A stretch of DNA of 64,000 bases from a virus, in IMG/VR virus record IMGVR_UViG_3300027863_000020, positions 64,001-128,000 of that record; one strand, given 5' to 3'. The notes beneath the pieces are model-generated. The model was not told where the DNA came from, ran no database searches, and worked only from the letters and a program-made list of their open reading frames with translations. A program made the translations under genes and the position numbers. Positions 48,067-57,637 of this stretch are shown here, piece after piece; the stretch's first letter is position 1, and each line of letters starts with the position of its first letter.

Positions 48067-49181
48067 TTAGAACTCATCCATTTTCGGATGTCGTTCGCAA
48101 TATCTTCCCCCGCACTCCCACGGAAAGGAAGACCAAACCAGTTGTCCAAGGCATCATTGACCTTCCATAGACTAGCGTACCACAAGAAGGAAGAAGCGAT
48201 CCATCCGAACATTCGCTTCGCTTGATCGGTTGCTTCTCCCCGTTGGATCATTCTTTGGATCACTCGGAACTCGTTGATGGCATCAATGAACACATCGGTC
48301 AATTCTCCACCACGGAATCCCGCAATGGTCTTCTCTGGACTCCATTTGGGAGCCATCGTCTTGGACATGGTTTCCTTCAGGAATACGATGTTCGATGGTC
48401 TCTGTGTGTATGCGAAATGGATTGACCGAATTGGTCGAGAGCAATCATAAATCCATGTTGGAAATATGTTCATCCCCTTGGATTCAAGGTTCTTGGAATA
48501 TGCGGTCTCCCCTATGTTCCAAGCACACGCATTGAAGACGACTTCATCGGGGACACAATTAAGGAATACCCTAGACAATCCGAACTTGAATGATTGAAGG
48601 GTGTCGTTGATTATGGATAGGAATTCGTAGCTGTCATTGACGGCAAAGATGCCTTGATTGACCCAAGGGAATCTTTCCACGATTGACCAGTCAATCTTGG
48701 AATTGACGGACAATGAATTGAATACTTCATCGGTGTCCGTTGTGTCGGCAATGAAAACATTTTTATGCTTCGGAGGTGGGTAGAATGTCGTTATTCCATT
48801 ACCCGCTGTGAATTCACGCATCGCCAAGATGTCGGAATCGCAATTGTAATGCGCTTTTCCACGCATGAGTTCGGATGATGCAATCTTCATCGCCAAGTGG
48901 GTGCTGTGACTCAATTCGTAGGCACTCTTGGCAATCGGGTATTCATCGAATCCATTGCAATTGACACGGGTTCTCTGTGATACTCCAATCGTCTTCGTGT
49001 ATTGATCGACCAATTGACAAACCATCGAATTGTTCGACAAAACATATATCTCGGAGTTCTGATTGGATTCAATAAAGGAATCAATGGCGACAAGTACATA
49101 CATCGCCTTTTCCTTCACCGTCTGCATGGAAGAATGGGGAGGTATGTACTGCGAGAAGATAGCGGGTAATGTGTTCTTCAT
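48063..49181 (-). CDS. glycosyltransferase, GT8-like
   Basis: CDSDIL (DxD), VNQGIFAVN, PDEVVFN, SIHFA motifs. Confidence 0.65.
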   Translation of the reverse strand: MKNTLPAIFSQYIPPHSSMQTVKEKAMYVLVAIDSFIESNQNSEIYVLSNNSMVCQLVDQYTKTIGVSQRTRVNCNGFDEYPIAKSAYELSHSTHLAMKIASSELMRGKAHYNCDSDILAMREFTAGNGITTFYPPPKHKNVFIADTTDTDEVFNSLSVNSKIDWSIVERFPWVNQGIFAVNDSYEFLSIINDTLQSFKFGLSRVFLNCVPDEVVFNACAWNIGETAYSKNLESKGMNIFPTWIYDCSRPIRSIHFAYTQRPSNIVFLKETMSKTMAPKWSPEKTIAGFRGGELTDVFIDAINEFRVIQRMIQRGEATDQAKRMFGWIASSFLWYASLWKVNDALDNWFGLPFRGSAGEDIANDIRKWMSSN

Positions 49182-49199
49182 TGATAATCCAAGAGTTAG

Positions 49200-50018
49200 T
49201 CAGAACAAACCATTCGAGAATCGAATTGACTTGGAGTATGCTTTCACATCTTCCTTTATCTGTCTCACCGATTCTGTTCTGATCGTTGCTAGTCTCTTGT
49301 ATTTATCACTTCGGACATATTCAAAAGTGTTCTGGACTGGATGGTAAATGTGATAGATGGTCTGTCCATTCTCCCGCCCACATAGACCCACTGGATACAA
49401 CCGTCTGCAAGCATAGTAGAAGACATCATCTTCGTGACCCCATGCGTCATATCGGTTATCGTATCCACCGACTTCTATATAGGTCTTCGGGGTAAGAACA
49501 AGCGCACCGCCATAGCACCTGTATCCACGCCTTGCCTTTTCCCTGTGATAGTCGATTCTTGTAGAAACCGTACCCAATTTTTCGGTACAGACTATGTAGC
49601 TATCGAACTTGTCCAAATCCGCAATCTTGGTGAATGGATGCCATACCTTAAATTGACACATTCTGGAATGGATAACTTCGGGCTTCAATAGTTCTGGTTC
49701 CACTAGGATGTCACAATCCAAGAACAGGACTGGTGTATCCAACGCACCCTTCTTTTTTGTGATATGAAGGATTCCGTCATTCCATGCCCGTGACTTGTTG
49801 AACCTACCCGAATAGGTATGATTGACAACTTCGATTGGAATTTGATACTTCGTGGTAATCGCATGGAACAGGGTTCGGCTTACGCTGTTCTGTTCCGATA
49901 CGACAATACGGCACTGGTGGTTGCTATGCTCCCAACAATGCCGTATGACGGTCTCTATGGATCGTTCCCTGTATTCATCCCCACGGTAAAATGGTATGAG
50001 AACGATGTATTCGTTCAT
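49200..50018 (-). CDS. glycosyltransferase, GT2/GT7-like galactosyltransferase
   Basis: FNKSRAWNDG, FLDCD, GGYDNRYDAWGHEDD, HIYHP. Confidence 0.88.
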   Translation of the reverse strand: MNEYIVLIPFYRGDEYRERSIETVIRHCWEHSNHQCRIVVSEQNSVSRTLFHAITTKYQIPIEVVNHTYSGRFNKSRAWNDGILHITKKKGALDTPVLFLDCDILVEPELLKPEVIHSRMCQFKVWHPFTKIADLDKFDSYIVCTEKLGTVSTRIDYHREKARRGYRCYGGALVLTPKTYIEVGGYDNRYDAWGHEDDVFYYACRRLYPVGLCGRENGQTIYHIYHPVQNTFEYVRSDKYKRLATIRTESVRQIKEDVKAYSKSIRFSNGLF

Positions 50019-50992
50019 TCACGAATGAGAGGGAAGAGGGTGGTGAGGATGTCGGTGTCAATGTTCTCATCGAAGTCATCGAGACGCAACTTGGAGATTT
50101 CGAGAGTGGCGATCTGATCGGAGAAAGCCCCGACTTCGGTGTCACTGGTCTCAATCTGCTTCTTGGTCTCTTCGCCCAATTGAGCGTATGCTTCATTGAT
50201 CCGCTTGATCTTCTCTTCCATTTGCGTGTTCTCTTCACGCAAGATGGCATTGCGGGTTTCCATGAACAGGGCGAACTCTGGAATGCGGGTGTGCTTGTTG
50301 CGAAGTTCTGCAAATTCCTTGGTGATGTCCTTGACGGACTCCATGAAGGATGCGATTCTCCGAACGACTGGTGTTGCGAATACCATGTCCATGACGGGTC
50401 TGCGTCCTTTGTCGCCATTTCGGAAATGACCACCATCGCCAAGAACCTTCTGGACGATTGAGATGATTTCGCCCTTGGACAAGTCGATCTTTTCCAGTTC
50501 GTGCGAATGATAGACATTGGCATCTTTCACGATGTTGCGAATGCCAATGAAGGTCACAAGGTTCATCTTCTTGGGGAGCCAAGAAAGGTCGATTGCCTGA
50601 AGTTCCAGTTCGATTTCAGTTCCCAAGGTTTCGTCATAGCCCTTGAGGTCTTCGTTGAACTGCTCGACCGCATCCTTGTGGGCATCGGAGCGGGTGAGGG
50701 CAAGGATTTCGTTCTCAAGCTCGAACTGCTTGTCACCAAAATCCTGCGTTTCGTGCGGAAGTTGGTGCTTGTCACAGAATGCCCGAATGAGTGCATCACG
50801 GGCTTCCTCGAACTGCTTGTATGCGGGGGAGAACATGGCTTCCCGTTGCTCGAAAGTGCGCTTCGCCACTGGAAGGATGCGATCAAGATTGATCTTTCCG
50901 ATGACGATGAGCTTGGGGTGCTGTTTTCCCTTCATGCCCTTGAGCGTTTCCGCAAGGGTGAGGAAGTTGGCGATTGTATCCTTTACCTTCAT
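50015..50992 (-). CDS. hypothetical helical protein with internal duplication
   Basis: Two similar halves (F..ARDALIR..ELQAIDL / FMETRNAILR..EISKLRL); GGAG RBS. Confidence 0.6.
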   Translation of the reverse strand: MKVKDTIANFLTLAETLKGMKGKQHPKLIVIGKINLDRILPVAKRTFEQREAMFSPAYKQFEEARDALIRAFCDKHQLPHETQDFGDKQFELENEILALTRSDAHKDAVEQFNEDLKGYDETLGTEIELELQAIDLSWLPKKMNLVTFIGIRNIVKDANVYHSHELEKIDLSKGEIISIVQKVLGDGGHFRNGDKGRRPVMDMVFATPVVRRIASFMESVKDITKEFAELRNKHTRIPEFALFMETRNAILREENTQMEEKIKRINEAYAQLGEETKKQIETSDTEVGAFSDQIATLEISKLRLDDFDENIDTDILTTLFPLIRE

Positions 50993-51020
50993 TTCAATTC
51001 TCCGTGTGGATAACTTGTTG

Positions 51021-51048
51021 AAAAAACCCGTGACCCACGGCACGGGTT
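51021..51048 (-). terminator. intrinsic terminator after tail fibre gene
   Basis: AACCCGTG/CACGGGTT stem with T-run on minus strand. Confidence 0.7.
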
Positions 51049-51053
51049 CTGTA

Positions 51054-51082
51054 AATGTGGTCTTATCTCTGGAATTTGTCAA
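51054..51082 (-). promoter_or_regulatory. class-2 promoter TTGACA-N17-CACATT
   Basis: Exact spacing. Confidence 0.65.
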
Positions 51083-54000
51083 TCATTCAAGCATAATACT
51101 GAAATGACCCCTATATGTCGGAAGATTCCCAGTACCCACACCATCTTGTTCAAACATCTTCTGAATAATCCTCCAAGAAGACGGAAGCAATTTGATGAAA
51201 TCGGGGAATCCTTCCAATTGTGCCAGCGCATACGGAATATGACCAATCTTGATATAGAACGGGCCACCTTTGAATGCCATAGCAGTTCTGCTAGTCACGC
51301 TATTAGCACCTATCGCCAACAACGCAATACCAATAAACCGTTTTCCCATCCATCCATCGTTACCATACTCCAACAATTGAGAGTATTCGACAACCCTATT
51401 CCCATCGCTTGGTATGTTCGTCACCGAAAGCATTGCCATGTTGGTTTCTAGGTATTTCAAGTGTTGTGTGGAATTAACTATGGTGATAGACCCATCCTCA
51501 CCATGCCCCCAATCAGGATCGGGAACCATCACAGAACGATATGCTAAAATATCACCTTCCTTTACCGCACCAGTACGAGCCACGACAACGACTTCCTTGG
51601 TCATCAACACACGATCCCGTGGCGTTTGCATACCATGATCGTACACACCAATCGTATTAGGATCAATCGGAACTTGGCCTTCTTCCAATACTACCTTATA
51701 CGGATCATTCCTAGTGATGTTACCACCACCCCAATTATCCCATTCCGACTCAAAATGTAGGATACCCGTACCCACCTTGAATGCGGGATATTTTCCATCA
51801 TAATCGGTTGCTCGTGATGCGGATAAATTATTCAAAAACCCAAACGCAAATCCGTTTCTCCGTTCCGTATATTCACGGGATGCGTTATCTTCGGATGCGT
51901 ATTCCCGCATCTTCTGATAATTTCCATGCCCCGCACCAAATTCAAATAAGTTGTTGTTGCTCCCTTCATTGAGCATACCGAAAACAAATTGATCGGAACG
52001 ACTAACCAATAGGTGCATACCTTTGGCATGGATATTGTACTGTGGTTTATAAGAATTACCACCACTATCACGAATCATAATGTTGATGTCATATCCGAAC
52101 AAGTCAGCATACATGACACCAGAAGTACCGACTGATCCATCAAGAAAATCCCTGCCCAAATACAGGTGAGAACCGAACAAACGAGTGAATGCGGTATGTC
52201 CAGATCGTCCGTCTGTCAACGACCCACCATTGAACATATTGAGATTTGCATTCAGATCGGTTCCATACCAAGAATCAAAAACGGATTCGTACCTACCATA
52301 ACTCTCAACACCAGTCAATTGACCAAGGATTCGTTCGTGATCTTTTTGGAAATTGAATCGTTCGTACACGATCGTTGCATTAACATCGGACTTCATGTAC
52401 TTGGCACTAGGAACCGCCATTCTGTTTTGATCGAGATAGAGGTGACGATGTTTGTCACCAACAAACGAACTGCCATATGTATTCTGTACCGCAATATCAG
52501 AACCGACAAATACGGATTCGTATAGATAACCACCACGCAACGAACCACGGCTTACCATCAAACTACCAGAAGCATCTTGAAATTCGCCGCTACCAATAGT
52601 TCCTATGCTAAAGGTGGATGAATTATGGTTATTCGCACTGAAAATGATATTGTGAAGATATATACCATATGTATTAGTAACATATCCCTTAAAACCACGG
52701 CCTCCGAAATTAAGAAGGTAATCAACATTATCGTTGTCAATGAAGACAAATGCGGTTCCCCGCTGATAAAAATTAAAGCCATAATCATTACAATTATTCG
52801 GAACCGGAATTGTTGTATTGCTGTCGATATTAGCGATTCGGAATCCAAAGAGACCACCACCGATATTCTTGACTTCCTTCACTTGGTACAATTCACCAAC
52901 AAAAGACATCGAGCCTTTTAATTTCTCGACATCTGAAGGATTGTCGGTATCTACCCAATTTGTCAATTTCGTTACATACAAATACAACCGTCTTCCATTC
53001 ACTGTGCGACTTGATGGATTAAACGCCAAAGCAGTCGTTGTAATTGATGGAGATTGTGAGCTGTTCAATACGATATAATCCGCATTGGACGGATCATTTA
53101 TCATAACAATCGGAGTATTGCTAGAAGTCTGTTGAAGATGCGTCACCGTTCCAACATTACCAACCGAATAAGTATGTCCCGAATTACCATCGAATAATTT
53201 ACCAATTAAGTTCCACTTTGCATAATACATCCAAGCGGTTCGCCAAATATCGGTCTTTTCATAAGTACCGTCAATTTGACGAATGGTATTCGTTGACGAT
53301 GAACCGTCCCAGATATTACCACCATAGGTACTTTCCAATACAGGATCGGTAGTCCCCGTCACGACATTGGAAGAATTCAACGTGTTCGTAGGACGAAGCA
53401 TCCTACCATATACACCGTTCTTCTTAAAATGTTCATACAGAATAATGGAAGAGAATGTGTTGTTACTCATCGCATGATTACGAGATACCGAAAACCCAGA
53501 CTGTGAATTATTGATATAACTGTTCGTTTGTGCCGAAGTAAACCCACCAAGGGCATAATCCAAAGTAGATGTCTCCAACATGGTCAAATGGTTGTACGGT
53601 GCAGTACCAACATGACCATCGGAACCAAGCAAGATACCCGCTTGTCGGTCATATGCGTTCCCACCGAATCCCATAGACAGATTCTTACCGAAGATGATAT
53701 GTCTGGAAACGGGAGCCATCTTAAGATTGATATGAGAGCCAAAAATCAACACATCGGTAAAGTCCGGGCCGTCTCCTGTCGATCCACTACCAAGACCACG
53801 CCCCAAGATTGAATTGTTGGCTCCTAGCATCCACACATTCATGTTGTTGTGATGTGTTTCCTTCCAATCTGTCAGCGGAGACCCCAATCCACCGATGGAG
53901 CTATAATCGGTTGTCGCCATTCGGAATTGGCGGTTCTGGTTCTTGTACCCGAACAGATAGCTTCCACGCTGATTCGAGTAATTGCAGTCACCGAAATTGA

Positions 54001-55399
54001 TGGAGTTGTAGCCTTCCGCATAGTTGTCGGAGCCAAACTGAAAGATACCATACCCAAAACGGGGATATGATCCCGCAGTACCCCAATATGCACCAATGCG
54101 GTTCCGCACTCCGAAATTGAAGTTGAAGTTTCCGTTGGTCTGCATTCCGAAATTGAGACCAGTAGGATCATCAACAAGTTCACCATCACCCCAATTGATA
54201 TTGAAGTTACCCTTGTTGAAGATGTCCTTTCCGATTGACCAAGAACCGAAGGATTCAAAATCGTGACGGATTCCCTTTCCAAGAGAGTTCGTATTGTAGT
54301 CGAACGCAAGGCCATTTTCTCCATTCCAGAGAACCTTGCTTCCCATCAAAAGGCCACCCGCACGATGGTCTGCTTCCCCGTTGGTGAACGGAGCAATGTG
54401 GAGAGCCTTGTTATAGTAATCGGACATGACCACGGAGCGAACCAAGTTGAATTGGTATTCGTGGTACGACTTCACCACTCCCGCATATGGAACAGTTCCT
54501 TGGATGATTCCACCAATGCTCAACGACTTGGATTCGGGGTCGAGAAGGTCACGGACGATATTGAGAGGGGATACGAAGTCTTCGGAGAAAGTGCTATCAT
54601 ACAGGCCAAGAAGAACCTTCTGCGAAGCCGAAATGGTATCGGTATTCAGGTAATACCAGAATCCTTCTGTGAAGAACAGGTAATCGTATCGGGAAGGATC
54701 GTAGGTCTCACCCGAAATGATGACATTGAATCGGATGGTGAAGTTCGGGGAAATGGATTGCCCCGCACCATTGAGAAGACGGTTCTTCACCAATCGGACA
54801 TTGGAATACACCATACCGAAGAAGAAGATGTTTCCAGTCTCGATTCCATTGACATCGAGTTCTGCAAGGAACAAGGCCATCTTGTTCCAAGAGAAATTTC
54901 CCGCATTTCCCGGGATCACGCAATCATACGAACCCGCTGTCACCGCACCGCTCGTAGATGTCACGGAAAGGGGCTTGTAGGGCTTCACCTTCCAACAATC
55001 AGGGATTGTGATAGCAGAAACCAACTTGGTCTGATTGAAGAGTCCTGTGGCGACATTGACATTGTTCGCATCGAGCACATACCCACTACCATAGACATAC
55101 CGACCAGTGGTAGGATCGAAGGAACCACGAAGCCAAAGTTTCTGCCCATCGAAGGTATTGACATCCCCACCGACCATCGACTCATACTGTTCCCACCATT
55201 CGGTGTGACTCATTCCGTCTTCAGTGAGGAAATCATTGCGGGTCACATCGTACAGGCTTCCAAGTGTGGGACTCTGGAAGTTGGGATCGTAAATGGGGAC
55301 GAAGTAGCGAATCTCATACGACAACCCGCTAGGATTGACGGATGCGAGTTTTCCATAATTGGGCGCAAAGACTTTGAACTTCACCTGATTGGTCGGCAT
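51083..55399 (-). CDS. long tail fibre / receptor-binding protein
   Basis: 1438 aa; N-terminal baseplate-anchor-like domain; YadA-head-like FG..N repeats; TAAATA at 55416-55421. Confidence 0.75.
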   Translation of the reverse strand: MPTNQVKFKVFAPNYGKLASVNPSGLSYEIRYFVPIYDPNFQSPTLGSLYDVTRNDFLTEDGMSHTEWWEQYESMVGGDVNTFDGQKLWLRGSFDPTTGRYVYGSGYVLDANNVNVATGLFNQTKLVSAITIPDCWKVKPYKPLSVTSTSGAVTAGSYDCVIPGNAGNFSWNKMALFLAELDVNGIETGNIFFFGMVYSNVRLVKNRLLNGAGQSISPNFTIRFNVIISGETYDPSRYDYLFFTEGFWYYLNTDTISASQKVLLGLYDSTFSEDFVSPLNIVRDLLDPESKSLSIGGIIQGTVPYAGVVKSYHEYQFNLVRSVVMSDYYNKALHIAPFTNGEADHRAGGLLMGSKVLWNGENGLAFDYNTNSLGKGIRHDFESFGSWSIGKDIFNKGNFNINWGDGELVDDPTGLNFGMQTNGNFNFNFGVRNRIGAYWGTAGSYPRFGYGIFQFGSDNYAEGYNSINFGDCNYSNQRGSYLFGYKNQNRQFRMATTDYSSIGGLGSPLTDWKETHHNNMNVWMLGANNSILGRGLGSGSTGDGPDFTDVLIFGSHINLKMAPVSRHIIFGKNLSMGFGGNAYDRQAGILLGSDGHVGTAPYNHLTMLETSTLDYALGGFTSAQTNSYINNSQSGFSVSRNHAMSNNTFSSIILYEHFKKNGVYGRMLRPTNTLNSSNVVTGTTDPVLESTYGGNIWDGSSSTNTIRQIDGTYEKTDIWRTAWMYYAKWNLIGKLFDGNSGHTYSVGNVGTVTHLQQTSSNTPIVMINDPSNADYIVLNSSQSPSITTTALAFNPSSRTVNGRRLYLYVTKLTNWVDTDNPSDVEKLKGSMSFVGELYQVKEVKNIGGGLFGFRIANIDSNTTIPVPNNCNDYGFNFYQRGTAFVFIDNDNVDYLLNFGGRGFKGYVTNTYGIYLHNIIFSANNHNSSTFSIGTIGSGEFQDASGSLMVSRGSLRGGYLYESVFVGSDIAVQNTYGSSFVGDKHRHLYLDQNRMAVPSAKYMKSDVNATIVYERFNFQKDHERILGQLTGVESYGRYESVFDSWYGTDLNANLNMFNGGSLTDGRSGHTAFTRLFGSHLYLGRDFLDGSVGTSGVMYADLFGYDINIMIRDSGGNSYKPQYNIHAKGMHLLVSRSDQFVFGMLNEGSNNNLFEFGAGHGNYQKMREYASEDNASREYTERRNGFAFGFLNNLSASRATDYDGKYPAFKVGTGILHFESEWDNWGGGNITRNDPYKVVLEEGQVPIDPNTIGVYDHGMQTPRDRVLMTKEVVVVARTGAVKEGDILAYRSVMVPDPDWGHGEDGSITIVNSTQHLKYLETNMAMLSVTNIPSDGNRVVEYSQLLEYGNDGWMGKRFIGIALLAIGANSVTSRTAMAFKGGPFYIKIGHIPYALAQLEGFPDFIKLLPSSWRIIQKMFEQDGVGTGNLPTYRGHFSIMLE

Positions 55400-55424
55400 A
55401 GGAACTCCTTTGTCCTATTTAGTA

Positions 55425-55928
55425 TTAAAGAGGGACGGCATTCGTGGAGAGCAATAGCTTTTCCCACTTCAGTTTCCGTTCTTCTGTCAAGAATTCATCA
55501 ATTGGTAATGCGAGAATGTTCTTGGAAGCTGTGTGATACATTCCGACCGATAACAGTGGAATGATCGGTGCTATCTTCGCAAGAACGGACTCTTCGGTTG
55601 TCGATTGAAATTGAGAGAAGTCCGTCATAAGGACTTCGGCACGAACTTGTGCTACGATGATCGGAGTATTTAGAATGTTCCAAATGACTTGACCGTCAAT
55701 TTCATTTCTGAAAATGTTGTCGATGTCGGATTGAAGCATCCACAAATACGATAGGACGATGTTGTCCTGAAGGCCATTTCCATAGAAGTCATATGCCACC
55801 CACCCTTCCGTCTTCTGAATCTTGGTAATCGCATCGGATACCAACTTCTTATTGGGAGATTGGGCAATATAGATTCGTTCGGAACCCTTCGTGATGTAGA
55901 AACACGGACGATTTTTATAGGTAAGCAT
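55425..55928 (-). CDS. putative tail fibre assembly protein
   Basis: Small ORF between two fibre genes; helical C-terminus. Confidence 0.45.
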   Translation of the reverse strand: MLTYKNRPCFYITKGSERIYIAQSPNKKLVSDAITKIQKTEGWVAYDFYGNGLQDNIVLSYLWMLQSDIDNIFRNEIDGQVIWNILNTPIIVAQVRAEVLMTDFSQFQSTTEESVLAKIAPIIPLLSVGMYHTASKNILALPIDEFLTEERKLKWEKLLLSTNAVPL

Positions 55929-55937
55929 GAGTTCTCC

Positions 55938-57626
55938 TTATGCCCTGAAGCCCATCATCCACGCACGGGAAGATGCGGGGGAGTGTGATTGCATGGTTGG
56001 ATATATTCCAGTGACACCATCGTCATACCGTGCATTGATGCTAGTGTAGCTCAATGCAATAGCAGGGGAACCAGTGGTCAATCCACTATATCCACCAAAC
56101 GCAATTCCATTGATCTTACCCGCAACGGTGAAATAGTAGATGGTGTTCCGTGTAAGTGCGACTGGTGACGGGAACGAAAGAATCTTCACGCCCGTACTAT
56201 CTGGTCTGCGATATGTTTCCGCATGAGCGGTGGACAATGTATCCGTTTGGGCAATGAGGTTTCCATTGATGTCACACACTCCGAACCGCATAGTTTCCGA
56301 AGATGCCTGTGATTGAGTCACAAAAGCCGCCATCTTGTCAATCTGGGTATCATACGGGGTAATAACCGCTGTCCAGATTTGGGCGTTACCACCGAAGATA
56401 TTGACGGCCTGTGAAATCAGGGAAAGGATAAAGGTCTGGACACCCGCATATTGACCACCCGCATCATCACCACCCGAAGACGGGGCAATGGTTGGTAGGG
56501 TGGACTTCTCGACAAGAAGAATTCCATCCACACCGCCACGGAACGCCCGACCCACATAGGTCAGGAAGTTCGGGAACACGGGAGCGGTTGTGGTGATGAG
56601 ACCCGCTGTGGTATCGGATAGCCACATTTGGGCATTGTCCGCAATTCCAGTGAGGTCGAGTGGCAATGCACCACCACCCATGATTTCACCAATCCCTTCA
56701 TGTGGGATGTCATACATGGTGATACCAGACACGAACGAAGTGGATGAAGAATTGGCTTGTGCCAACGCAATCGTGGGAAGGCCACTATCATGCCCGTTGG
56801 GATAAACCGCACGACCTTTGGGGATCGTAGCACCGCTCATGTTTTTGACAAGGATTCTCATTTGGCGATTCATCACCAATGGGGAATCTTCCCTGTTTCC
56901 TTGCACCACAACACTCTGGACTGGATCAAGGTAGAAGAGTTTACCCTTGTGGTAAGTAGGCTCTGTTGGCAAAGCTGTGAGGAAATTGGAGCCATTCAGA
57001 GAAAGGTACGCACCCGACCCGCCTTGGGATGCAAACAATGTCCAATGAGTAGGATCGGCACTTGGATTCGGGGACTCTGGATCGGAGTTATATGCCAAAA
57101 TGTTGATATAGACATTCCCATCGAACGACACAAGATTGTTCACCTTGTATGCGACACCAACACCCCAACTTCCAAGGAACTTTAGTCCACCAAATTTGAT
57201 CTTGAGAATTTCGGGGGAAGCTGTCCCCGCTGTCTTCTCCAAATCAAGCGTTATCTCTGGATCGCCACCCGTCAATTTGTCATTGAGGAACCCGGGCCAC
57301 GGAAGTCCGATACCGTTTACATCGTTTGCGGATGCCATGAGCATACCCGCCCATTCATTCACGATCTCGAAAATCCATTCATGGTCTTCGTGTGAGGGAG
57401 ACAAAATGGCACGGATACCCGTGGTATTATTCACGGGATTCCGCAATCCAGTACACCAGAATTCGTCAATTTCGCTAGGACGATCTACTTCAGTGCTTCG
57501 TCTGCGATACAGGATGGAGTGGCGGTCGGTGCAAAACCCCGCCTGTCCTTCCAACAATTGACCATTCGTAGCCAATTCAGCATATGTACCACAACGGTCA
57601 ATTATGTTTTTGTATTCGGTTCCCAT
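55938..57626 (-). CDS. tail fibre/spike-like structural protein with CBM5/12-like module
   Basis: W..GVAYKVNNLVSFDGNVY..P..DPTHW; G-rich beta domains. Confidence 0.65.
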   Translation of the reverse strand: MGTEYKNIIDRCGTYAELATNGQLLEGQAGFCTDRHSILYRRRSTEVDRPSEIDEFWCTGLRNPVNNTTGIRAILSPSHEDHEWIFEIVNEWAGMLMASANDVNGIGLPWPGFLNDKLTGGDPEITLDLEKTAGTASPEILKIKFGGLKFLGSWGVGVAYKVNNLVSFDGNVYINILAYNSDPESPNPSADPTHWTLFASQGGSGAYLSLNGSNFLTALPTEPTYHKGKLFYLDPVQSVVVQGNREDSPLVMNRQMRILVKNMSGATIPKGRAVYPNGHDSGLPTIALAQANSSSTSFVSGITMYDIPHEGIGEIMGGGALPLDLTGIADNAQMWLSDTTAGLITTTAPVFPNFLTYVGRAFRGGVDGILLVEKSTLPTIAPSSGGDDAGGQYAGVQTFILSLISQAVNIFGGNAQIWTAVITPYDTQIDKMAAFVTQSQASSETMRFGVCDINGNLIAQTDTLSTAHAETYRRPDSTGVKILSFPSPVALTRNTIYYFTVAGKINGIAFGGYSGLTTGSPAIALSYTSINARYDDGVTGIYPTMQSHSPASSRAWMMGFRA

Positions 57627-57637
57627 AACAATCTCCT

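Noticed and set aside
54263-55564. 433-aa plus-strand ORF (likewise 62118-63200 and 21943-22938)
   Set aside because: Antisense shadows of well-supported genes
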